From Minisyncoccota bacterium (lineage in GTDB: Bacteria > Patescibacteriota > Minisyncoccia > UBA6257 > XYB1-36-10), in NCBI GenBank assembly GCA_041651415.1, contig JBAZJH010000001.1, forward strand, positions 151,713 to 215,712: a stretch of 64,000 bases of DNA. The letters are read 5' to 3'. Shown piece by piece: positions 1-7,815 of this stretch. Each line of letters starts with the position of its first letter. Positions within the stretch are counted from its first letter, which is position 1. The notes under the pieces were generated by a model. It was given only the letters and a program-made list of their open reading frames with translations. It did no database searches and was not told where the DNA came from. A program made the translations under genes and the position numbers.

Positions 1-2
1 AA

Positions 3-298
3 GTTAGGCAGTTTATAAACCAAGACATTCGGCCGGAGAGATTAGAGATATTAGAAGAGAGCGACACGGTTGGACTACAGGATATTTGGGACGCTATTTG
101 GGAATATAATAATGGGATATATAAAACTCTCTTAAAATCCTATCAGGACGATAAAAGCCAGGAACCGGAAGACCAAATCTTTTCCTCTCTTTTAAGGATT
201 CATAAAGAGGATGAGGACGGCCGGAAAGTTCGCCGAAATATAACAGACGCAAACGAGTTATCCGCTCATTCATTTATTTGTGGCGGATTTTTAACATG
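3..298 (+). CDS. Hypothetical protein, C-terminal fragment (5' end outside window); part of the integrated element
   Basis: Frame 3 is open from the window start to TGA at 296-298 (98 codons). No recognisable motifs. Confidence 0.3.
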
Positions 299-650
299 AA
301 AATTACTATCCCAAAAGAATACAGAGACCACTTTAAGGAAAATATAATTTATATAATGAGATTTTGGATGAAAGGCAAAAAGGTTCTGCTTTTGATGAAT
401 AAAGAAGAAAAGTGTAAGTTTTATAAAGCAATGGAAGAATAAGAGGAGAAACCGGAAAATCACGCTTTTTTCAGACTTGTAAAAGCAGGCGTTATAGAAA
501 CCGATATTGAGGTAATAAAGATGATAAGATAGATGTTATTGAGGCCTTTTGGAAGCATTTAGAGGGCAAAAAACGAGTACTTAAGAAGGATGATTGCCGG
601 GGGTTTATTTACTTTAATAAGACAGCATAAATCCTGGTATAATACAGGTA

Positions 651-1250
651 ATGAGAAGAGGTAGAGCATACAGATTAGGTATGATTGTAAAGAAAAATGG
701 CGTGAAGCAACGCAGTGATTTAACGCTAACTAAAGAAATCGCTACTACTTTAAGGGAAATGGTGTTGGCCGGCGAGAGTTTATATCAAAAAGGCGGTAAA
801 ATAAACCTTTTTTCAAAAGATGGAGAGAAAATAGCACTGTCAGTTGGAACGCTTAACGCATGGATTTTGAGGCGAAATATCGTGCCTGGTATTGGAGTTA
901 GCTTAAAGGATTATTTAGACAAGACGAGAGTTGAAAGAAGGGTAATAAAGATGAGAAAACAGCAAGAGGAGATGTGGGAGAAGGGACAGAATAATTTAGA
1001 GAAAGCATTAAGCATGCGTACTAATTTGCCGGTATTTAATAAGTTTGGGCAAGTGGTAAGAGATGAAGATGGAAATATTGTGCGGAGAGAAAATCCTAAC
1101 CTCTTGAAAATACAGTTAGATGCGGCGAAGTTTGTGTTGGAAAGGCTTAACTCGGAGAATTATGGGAAGAGAACAAAAATTAAAGACAAACATTTGGCGT
1201 TTTCATTGGCGGATTTTCGCCGGGAGGCAAAAAAGTATGAGGAGGAGTAA
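651..1250 (+). CDS. Hypothetical protein, element cargo; basic, probably nucleic-acid binding
   Basis: 199-aa ORF with no conserved catalytic motif recognised. Sits inside the integrase-bounded element. Confidence 0.45.
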   Translation: MRRGRAYRLGMIVKKNGVKQRSDLTLTKEIATTLREMVLAGESLYQKGGKINLFSKDGEKIALSVGTLNAWILRRNIVPGIGVSLKDYLDKTRVERRVIKMRKQQEEMWEKGQNNLEKALSMRTNLPVFNKFGQVVRDEDGNIVRRENPNLLKIQLDAAKFVLERLNSENYGKRTKIKDKHLAFSLADFRREAKKYEEE

Positions 1251-1614
1251 AAATAAAGTTTAGTAGATTAAGAAGTTATCCACCTAACAAAAATATATAA
1301 ATACTTTATAATTTAAGTGTAGTCGTAGCTACCCCAAAAGGAGTAGCTACATCCATTAGTTAGGCGTGGAACGGCGGTGCGGTTTAACCCTCTTGCCTTT
1401 CCTTACATAACTTCTTACGGGAACAATTTTTTGTTTTTGCTTCCCATAAGCAGATGTTTTTGTTTTTGCCATTTTATAAATAAAAATGGTTTTTAATACG
1501 ACCTTTAATGGCGTGTTTTACTCACGCCAAGTTGTCAAGCGATGTTGTAAAATACCCAAGTCGTATTTGCTATTTCCTAAATGAGATAGCTGCGACCATA
1601 CTCAAAGAACAGAA

Positions 1615-1650
1615 AACCTATAATTAAAGTAATTATAGGTTTTTATTTTA
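1615..1650 (+). terminator. Rho-independent terminator-like hairpin (AACCTATAATT-N5-AATTATAGGTT + T-run) inside a 480-nt noncoding stretch
   Basis: Perfect 11-bp stem followed by TTTTTATTTT. No CDS for about 360 nt upstream. Confidence 0.4.
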
Positions 1651-1734
1651 TAGCGTCAATAAAAGTGCGCTTTTTTAGCTTGAAATACTGCTTAAAAAAT
1701 GGGATAATTTGCTTGATTTAAGAATAAAAATGAT

Positions 1735-3522
1735 ATGAAAATGCTTTTCAAAGAGGCGGATTATAACTTGAACAGGTTGATTGAGAATATCAATGCCGGT
1801 GAAATTGGATTGCCTGATATTCAAAGGCCTTTTATTTGGAAAGATGTTAAGGTTAGAAACTTATTTGATAGTATGTATCGGGGTTATCCGATAGGATATT
1901 TGCTTTTTTGGGGAAACTTTCAACAGGAAAACACAAGAACGATAGGTAGTAACGAAGAAATGCATCGCCCCCCGCGTCTTTTAATTGTGGACGGCCAGCA
2001 ACGATTAACTTCTCTCTTCGCGGTCATAAAAGGAAAAGAAGTAGTGAGAGAAAATTATGAGAAAGAAAGAATAATAATCGCTTTTCATCCTTTAGAAGAA
2101 AAGTTTGAAGTGCCAGACGCGGCTATTAGAAATAATCCCGAATATATACAGGATATTTCTCTTATTTGGAATACGGAGAATATACATGGATTTATTACTA
2201 AACATATTAATAAGTTAAAAGAAGTAAGAGAGCTAACCAGTGAGGAGGAGAGTAAAATTGCTAATAATATAGGCAACTTACATGGTTTACTTCATTTTCA
2301 GTTTTCTGTCTTAGAAATTGACGCTACAGCTACAGAAGAAGAAGTGGCCGAGATATTTGTTCGTATCAATAGCGAAGGCAAACACTTAAAAGAGCCGGAC
2401 TTTATTTTGACTTTAATGTCGGTTTTTTGGGATGAGGGAAGGATGGAGTTAGAGAAGTTTTCTCGCGCTTCTCAAGTGCCTTCGGAAGGCATAGCTACGG
2501 CTTTTAACTATATTTTTCAACCAAAGCCAGACCAAGTGCTTAGGGTAGCTATTGGGCTGGGATTTAAGCGGGCACGAATGAAATACGCTTATAGTATTTT
2601 AAGAGGTAAAGACTTGAAAACGGAAAAGTTTAGCGAAGAACTACGAGTAGAGCAGTTTGAGGTGCTTAAAAACGCCCAGGACAAGGTTTTAGACCTTAAT
2701 AACTGGCACGAGTTCCTAAAGTCCTTAAAAGAAGCCGGATATACCCGCCAGGCGCTTGTTAGTTCAGCTTACAGTGTTATGTATTCCTATATTATATTTT
2801 TAATAGGAAAATATGAGTTTGAAGTTGAGCCGGCTGTTTTACGGAGATTAACTGCTCGTTGGTTTTTCTTTTCTTCTTTGACAGGGCGATATACGGGTTC
2901 AGCAGAAACCCAAATGGAAGAGGACTTAAATGCTATTGAAAAAGGGAAATCTCTTTATGGAGTATCTGAATATGGAACTATAAAAAATGGTGGAGAAACT
3001 TTAGAACAAATAATAAATCACATTATCGGAACAGAAATTACATCTGATTATTGGAGTATAACTTTACCGACCAGTGGGTTAGTTAGCGGTTCAGCACGCA
3101 GTCCGGCTATGCTTGCTTATTATGCCTCTCTAAATATTCTTGGCGCGAAGGTTCTTTTTTCTGACTTAACTACTATTCAGTTGATGGAAAATGGAGTAAC
3201 CGAAAAGCGTTCGGCTTTGGAAAGACATCATCTTTTCCCGCGAAAATATCTGAAGAAGATAGGAATTAAAGATTTTAATGAAATAAACCAGGTGGCTAAT
3301 TACGCTTTAATAGAGTGGGGAGATAATAATGATATAAGCGACCAATCTCCAAGTGAGTATTTGCCGATTTATTTGCCACGTCTTGGAGAGGATAAGGAAA
3401 AATGTTATTACTGGCATGCTTTGCCGGAGAATTGGGAACAGATGGAATACTCAAAGTTTTTAGAGGAACGCCGCAAGAAAATGGCGGTGGTTATAAAGGA
3501 CGCTTTTGAGAAATTAAAATAA
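1735..3522 (+). CDS. GmrSD-family type IV (modification-dependent) restriction endonuclease, DUF262 (ParB-like NTPase) + DUF1524 (His-Me/HNH-like nuclease)
   Basis: N-terminal IGLPDIQRPFIW...YRGYPIGYLLFW and the DGQQRLTSL motif are typical of DUF262. C-terminal ERHHLFPRKYL...NYALIEWGDNN region fits the DUF1524 His-Me finger. Confidence 0.7.
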   Translation: MKMLFKEADYNLNRLIENINAGEIGLPDIQRPFIWKDVKVRNLFDSMYRGYPIGYLLFWGNFQQENTRTIGSNEEMHRPPRLLIVDGQQRLTSLFAVIKGKEVVRENYEKERIIIAFHPLEEKFEVPDAAIRNNPEYIQDISLIWNTENIHGFITKHINKLKEVRELTSEEESKIANNIGNLHGLLHFQFSVLEIDATATEEEVAEIFVRINSEGKHLKEPDFILTLMSVFWDEGRMELEKFSRASQVPSEGIATAFNYIFQPKPDQVLRVAIGLGFKRARMKYAYSILRGKDLKTEKFSEELRVEQFEVLKNAQDKVLDLNNWHEFLKSLKEAGYTRQALVSSAYSVMYSYIIFLIGKYEFEVEPAVLRRLTARWFFFSSLTGRYTGSAETQMEEDLNAIEKGKSLYGVSEYGTIKNGGETLEQIINHIIGTEITSDYWSITLPTSGLVSGSARSPAMLAYYASLNILGAKVLFSDLTTIQLMENGVTEKRSALERHHLFPRKYLKKIGIKDFNEINQVANYALIEWGDNNDISDQSPSEYLPIYLPRLGEDKEKCYYWHALPENWEQMEYSKFLEERRKKMAVVIKDAFEKLK

Positions 3523-3527
3523 TTAAG

Positions 3528-4322
3528 ATGTATTTTAGTAAAAGAAATAATTATCAGATTGAGTATTCCGGGTATGAAGATGCATCACCTAATCTAAGGA
3601 AGCGACTGGCTTATGTCATAAATAAGTATCATGACGCTAATAATAATTTTATTTCTTCTGAAATGATTGCGTCTCTTGTGGATTTTGATGAGTTTCAACA
3701 TCAGGTTAAAAAGCATTTAGTTATAGATAACCCATTGGATGTTATAGACTATTACCCATTTAATATGGTTTTTGATGTGGTAGAGATATATTGGGATTTA
3801 GCAAAAGAAGTATCGTCAAAGATGGATATATATACAGAATTAAGACAAGTATTTATTTTATCTGGCTCAGTTTATCAAATTAATGGGGGGACAGGAAAAA
3901 TTGAATTAATCCCAGATGAAGAACTTGCTAAAAAAATAAATGAAACTCAAGAAGTATTTAGGGAGCAGTATGAGGTATACAAGTTATTTTCGGAAGCAGT
4001 AGGAAATCTTTTTAGCAGAAAAACAGAACCGAAAAATGTTGTAAGAGATATTTATATTGCTGCAGAAAAATATCTAAAAGCCGTGACTGGAGAAGCTCAA
4101 TATTCAAATGCTATTAAAAGAATAAATAAATCAAATATTATAAATAGTGAACAAAAATCAATAATGGAGAAACTTTATGCTTTTCGCTCTAATACACAGG
4201 GAACTTCTCATGCCGGCTCTTCTCCTGAACCAAATGAAAAGGATGCTGTATGGTTTTTGGATACTATGGCAGCACAATTAAGGAACATAGAAAAACAAAT
4301 AAAAGAAAAAAAGATTAGCTAA
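3528..4322 (+). CDS. Hypothetical protein; possible HEPN/Abi-like C-terminal R-x7-H motif (FRSNTQGTSHAG)
   Basis: 264-aa ORF starting 6 nt after the GmrSD stop, same strand. Only a weak motif-level resemblance to HEPN R-x(4-7)-H. Confidence 0.4.
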   Translation: MYFSKRNNYQIEYSGYEDASPNLRKRLAYVINKYHDANNNFISSEMIASLVDFDEFQHQVKKHLVIDNPLDVIDYYPFNMVFDVVEIYWDLAKEVSSKMDIYTELRQVFILSGSVYQINGGTGKIELIPDEELAKKINETQEVFREQYEVYKLFSEAVGNLFSRKTEPKNVVRDIYIAAEKYLKAVTGEAQYSNAIKRINKSNIINSEQKSIMEKLYAFRSNTQGTSHAGSSPEPNEKDAVWFLDTMAAQLRNIEKQIKEKKIS

Positions 4323-4323
4323 A

Positions 4324-4704
4324 ATGACAGAAGTAAATCAAAAAAGAATATGTCAAGAGTGTGGTAATGAGATGGTGGATGTTAATTATTGTAATTACTG
4401 CAATAAGAGAGTTATTAGCAATTTACATGTTTTTATATCAGAAAATATAGAGATAAGTGAGGCATATAAAGGAAAGGTGCGAGAAGGGCAGGTTGGAGAA
4501 GTAAAGCCACATTTTGAGTTTTCAGAAAAGGATGAAAAAAGTGGAGACTCGCGTTTGACTAAAGGAGTTCATATTTCAATAGCTATAGATAGAAAAAATA
4601 ATAAATATCGTCAAGTTGTTAAGGATAAAAGAACTGGAAAGATTTTACATAAAGAGAGTGAGCCACTCACAGAACATCGCTCTAAAAAATTAAATGATTT
4701 CTAA
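4324..4704 (+). CDS. Hypothetical zinc-ribbon protein (CxxC...CxxC at N-terminus)
   Basis: CQECGNEM...CNYCNKR zinc ribbon. Starts 2 nt after the previous stop. Confidence 0.4.
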   Translation: MTEVNQKRICQECGNEMVDVNYCNYCNKRVISNLHVFISENIEISEAYKGKVREGQVGEVKPHFEFSEKDEKSGDSRLTKGVHISIAIDRKNNKYRQVVKDKRTGKILHKESEPLTEHRSKKLNDF

Positions 4705-4906
4705 AAAAGAGTTAGAGAAATATAAAGCGATTTATAGGAAACACTACAGCAAGGAGATTTCCGACCAAGAAGCGCTGGAACAAGGCATAAAACTTATTCG
4801 TCTCATTGAGTTGGTTTATAAGCCGATAACTAAAGATGAATATAAGAAACTCCAAAAAAGAAGACGAGAAACAGGAGGAGTGGCAAAATGTAATTGGTTT
4901 TTTTGA
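4694..4906 (+). CDS. Hypothetical small protein (70 aa)
   Basis: ORF overlaps the upstream gene by 11 nt. Coiled-coil-like, basic C-terminus. Confidence 0.3.
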   Translation: MISKKELEKYKAIYRKHYSKEISDQEALEQGIKLIRLIELVYKPITKDEYKKLQKRRRETGGVAKCNWFF

Positions 4907-4953
4907 CTTATTGATTAAAGTAGATAGGCGAAATAATCCGCATTTATATAAAA

Positions 4954-5646
4954 ATGAAAATGAACTCAAAAGAGAAAATTGAATATATGCTTAATTTAAT
5001 TAGAGAAAAAGCAAAAATTAGCCCTCCAGGGCCTTTTTATATAAGGATAAATCCACTTTTAGATATTGGAAATAATAGAGGTATTCCTGATGAAGCACCG
5101 ATAGTTTTTTCTATTTCAGACCAGATTAGTATTTTAGAAAAGTTTGAAAAGGATGGTTTATTGTTTGGAGTTAATCTTGATGAGGATTATAAAGGGGGGT
5201 GGATTATTTTAGGAAGTTTAGATATAAATGGCGATGATAACCCTTATAACAAAACCGAAGTTGAGGGAATAGATGAAGTCGGCTCTGGTAAGGGAAAACC
5301 ATTCACATCTATCAAAGGAGGGGAGGGATATTTTCAATTTTATAAACAGGGAGAAAAGATACTTATAGGGAAAGAGGATACAAGACATTTTCGCTTACTT
5401 AGAGCTCTATCCGAACCACATTTTGGTGTTCAGAAAAATATTGAGGCTCTTTTTGAGGCAATAAAAACAACTAAAGATAAAAATGATAGTAGTTTATCAG
5501 ACTATTCTTCCCAAAGAGATAGTCGCATATTAGAGATTATTACTAATACTAAAAAAGAACTTCAGAAAAATAAGAAACTGCAAGGTAAGTTAAAGTATCG
5601 TTCTGATAATAAAAAAAGGACAATGTGGCTTGAATTAGAGGGTTAG
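4954..5646 (+). CDS. Hypothetical protein, element cargo
   Basis: 230-aa ORF, followed by the terminator at 5681-5711. Confidence 0.4.
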   Translation: MKMNSKEKIEYMLNLIREKAKISPPGPFYIRINPLLDIGNNRGIPDEAPIVFSISDQISILEKFEKDGLLFGVNLDEDYKGGWIILGSLDINGDDNPYNKTEVEGIDEVGSGKGKPFTSIKGGEGYFQFYKQGEKILIGKEDTRHFRLLRALSEPHFGVQKNIEALFEAIKTTKDKNDSSLSDYSSQRDSRILEIITNTKKELQKNKKLQGKLKYRSDNKKRTMWLELEG

Positions 5647-5680
5647 AGAGTAAAAAAACTAAGTTAGATTTCTTTAGTTT

Positions 5681-5711
5681 AGCGGGTTATGCAAAAACCC
5701 GCTTTTTTATT
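5681..5711 (+). terminator. Rho-independent terminator (AGCGGGTT-atgcaaa-AACCCGCT + T-run)
   Basis: 8-bp GC-rich stem plus TTTTTTAT, immediately downstream of the 4954-5646 gene. Confidence 0.6.
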
Positions 5712-5797
5712 ATCTAAAATCGTTATTGTTTTGTCTATTTTCCCTCTCGTTCCCTCTTTCTTTTTGGATATTAGAGGGATTGTTTCAATTAGGGCAA

Positions 5798-6052
5798 ATG
5801 ACAATGAAAAGGGAAAAAAGAATAAATAATTTCAAAACCGCAGACTTGGCGTTGGCTGCGGCGCTTTCTGTTGTCGGATTTCCGGTTGAGGAAATGGAGC
5901 AAATGGACGCGAGAAGGTTTGTATTCATATTTTCTGATAATCCAGAGCTCCAAAAAGAAATAAAGAAATACTGGCTGGGAGAACTAAAGGTCGTTCCGCA
6001 GACCTATTTCAACCAATTAAAAGTGTTGAAGGCGCGGATTTATGAGCGATAA
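5798..6052 (+). CDS. DUF5659-like small protein (phage/CPR-associated, function unknown)
   Basis: TADLALAAALSVVGFPV...DARRFVFIF...ELQKEIKKYWLGELKVVPQTYFNQLKVLKARIYER matches the DUF5659 pattern as I recall it (DLxLAAxL..GF...D.RR.vF.F...L...Y..GEL.V.P..FF...K.LK.RIY). Start chosen at the internal MTMKREK; the upstream extension looks spurious. Confidence 0.6.
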   Translation: MTMKREKRINNFKTADLALAAALSVVGFPVEEMEQMDARRFVFIFSDNPELQKEIKKYWLGELKVVPQTYFNQLKVLKARIYER

Positions 6053-6200
6053 AGCGTTATGGCGAGGAAAATAAACAAAGATATAGAAATAGAATATGAA
6101 CAAGCTCCGGTAACGCCGGAGAGTGTTGAAAAGTTAAATAGCATCTTTGACTTTATTTTTGAGCTGACGCTGAAGCGCGAATTAGAAAATAATAATAAAA

Positions 6201-7514
6201 ATGAAGATGAAAAATGTAATCAAAAAAGAATTAAATAAAAGGGGAATTATTTATAGAGATGAAAACAGCTTAATCTCTACTTATTGCCCATTTTGTCAGA
6301 ATGAAATGATTTGTCTTCGTATTAACGCTAATACGGGAGATGTTAGTTGTTTTTCTTGTAAAAAAGAAAAGGGTTGGGAAGAGTTTATAGCTAAACTGGA
6401 TGAGAATAAAAAGCAGGAAGAGATATTAAACAAAAAAAGCGTAGAATCAGAAGAAAATAAAAATCAGGAAAGAGAGATAGATAATAAAATGGTTGAGGAG
6501 TTTAAGAAAGAGACTGGTAATAAAGGTAAGTATATGTTTGAGGTTTTAACTGCAGGAGAAATTATTTCTCGCGAATATGAGAGTGAAAAATGGTTGATAA
6601 AAGATATTTTGCCTATGGAAGCGATGATGGTTATTTCCGCTCCGTCAGGAGGATTTAAGACTTTTCTTTCTCAATCTATAGCAATATCTATTTCAAGAGG
6701 CCTTCCGGTATTTGGGCATTATGAGACAATACAAACTCCGGTATTATTTATAGATGAGGAAAATAGCGGAGGAGTAATAAAAAAAAGATTATTATCTTTT
6801 GGTATTGATAAAAATGAGAATAAGATACATTACATAAGTCAGAAAAACTTTAAGGTAGATAAAGGAGATGGCGTAGAAGGAGTTTTAGAAATAGTAAGAG
6901 ATAAAAAAATTAAATTAATTATAATTGACTCATATATTCGTATTCATAGCGTAAGAGAAAATGATTCTTCGGAAATGGCTAAAGTGAGTGAAAAGTTGAG
7001 ATTATTTAGTAAGGCAGGTATAGCAGTTATCTTAATACACCATCATAAGAAAAGTAATGGCCATAACTGGGATAATATGGGAGATGATATTATGCGTGGC
7101 TCTTCAGATATTGCGGCTTCTGTAGATACCCACTTGATAATTAAATCAAATAAAAATAACAATTTTTTAACCCTGAAAGCTGGTAAGTTTAGATATTCTG
7201 CTCCTATTTCTGATGCGAAGATTGAAATAATAAAATCTGGTGAAGAAATAATAGAGTTTAGGTATGCAGGAGAAAGTAAAGAGAAAGCAGAAGAGAAATA
7301 TGATGAAGCAATAGAGGAAATAAGAAACTTATTTAATGATGAGGAAAAAAAGAGTAGAGAAGAAATACATAAAACTTTAAGGGAAGCCTTTGGTTTTGGG
7401 AGAGATGTTATTGATAGCGCTGTTAAAGAGGCCGTAAATAGAAAAATTATAGAAAGAGTAAAAAAGGAAGGTCAGAAAGGAAATAAGGCATTCTATCGTT
7501 TAATTGGCGACTAA
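6201..7514 (+). CDS. Replication protein: N-terminal primase-like zinc ribbon + RecA-like AAA_25 ATPase (RepA/primase-helicase-like) of the mobile element
   Basis: CPFCQNE...CFSCKK zinc finger. Walker A-like VISAPSGGFKTFLSQ with LFIDEEN (Walker B-like) and the IIDSYIRIH...ILIHHHKK pattern are typical of AAA_25/RepA-like proteins. Confidence 0.6.
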   Translation: MKMKNVIKKELNKRGIIYRDENSLISTYCPFCQNEMICLRINANTGDVSCFSCKKEKGWEEFIAKLDENKKQEEILNKKSVESEENKNQEREIDNKMVEEFKKETGNKGKYMFEVLTAGEIISREYESEKWLIKDILPMEAMMVISAPSGGFKTFLSQSIAISISRGLPVFGHYETIQTPVLFIDEENSGGVIKKRLLSFGIDKNENKIHYISQKNFKVDKGDGVEGVLEIVRDKKIKLIIIDSYIRIHSVRENDSSEMAKVSEKLRLFSKAGIAVILIHHHKKSNGHNWDNMGDDIMRGSSDIAASVDTHLIIKSNKNNNFLTLKAGKFRYSAPISDAKIEIIKSGEEIIEFRYAGESKEKAEEKYDEAIEEIRNLFNDEEKKSREEIHKTLREAFGFGRDVIDSAVKEAVNRKIIERVKKEGQKGNKAFYRLIGD

Positions 7515-7631
7515 TTTTAACTTCCTAACTTTCTAAACTATATATATGTCAGGAAACCAGGAAGTTATATTAAAAAAAGAAAAAAGTTTTCTACTGGACA
7601 ATTAGGAATAACTTGGAATATAATAAAGATA

Positions 7632-7808
7632 ATGAAATACTTTACTAAAGAAGAAATCGCAAAGGAGTTAATGGTTCACCCTAAAACAGTGGAAAGATGG
7701 CTTAAAAGGAGATTATTAAGAGGATATAAGTTAGGAGACGGTAAAACGGCGCTTTGGCGTATTCCCAAAGAAGAACTAAAAAGGTTTTTAGAAAAACATA
7801 AAAATTAA
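7632..7808 (+). CDS. Excisionase/MerR-like HTH DNA-binding protein (Xis-like), 58 aa
   Basis: ORF not in the supplied track (<60 aa). Translates to MKYFTKEEIAKELMVHPKTVERWLKRRLLRGYKLGDGKTALWRIPKEELKRFLEKHKN. Shows the KTV.RW...G.LP...G.RW..F helix-turn-helix pattern. Lies immediately upstream of the serine recombinase. Confidence 0.65.
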   Translation: MKYFTKEEIAKELMVHPKTVERWLKRRLLRGYKLGDGKTALWRIPKEELKRFLEKHKN

Positions 7809-7815
7809 AATAAAT

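Noticed and set aside
266-463. 65-aa minus-strand ORF at the window start
   Set aside because: It overlaps the better-supported plus-strand partial ORF (3-298) and a small plus-strand ORF. The translation is low-complexity and Phe/Leu-rich, typical of the antisense of an AT-rich coding region.
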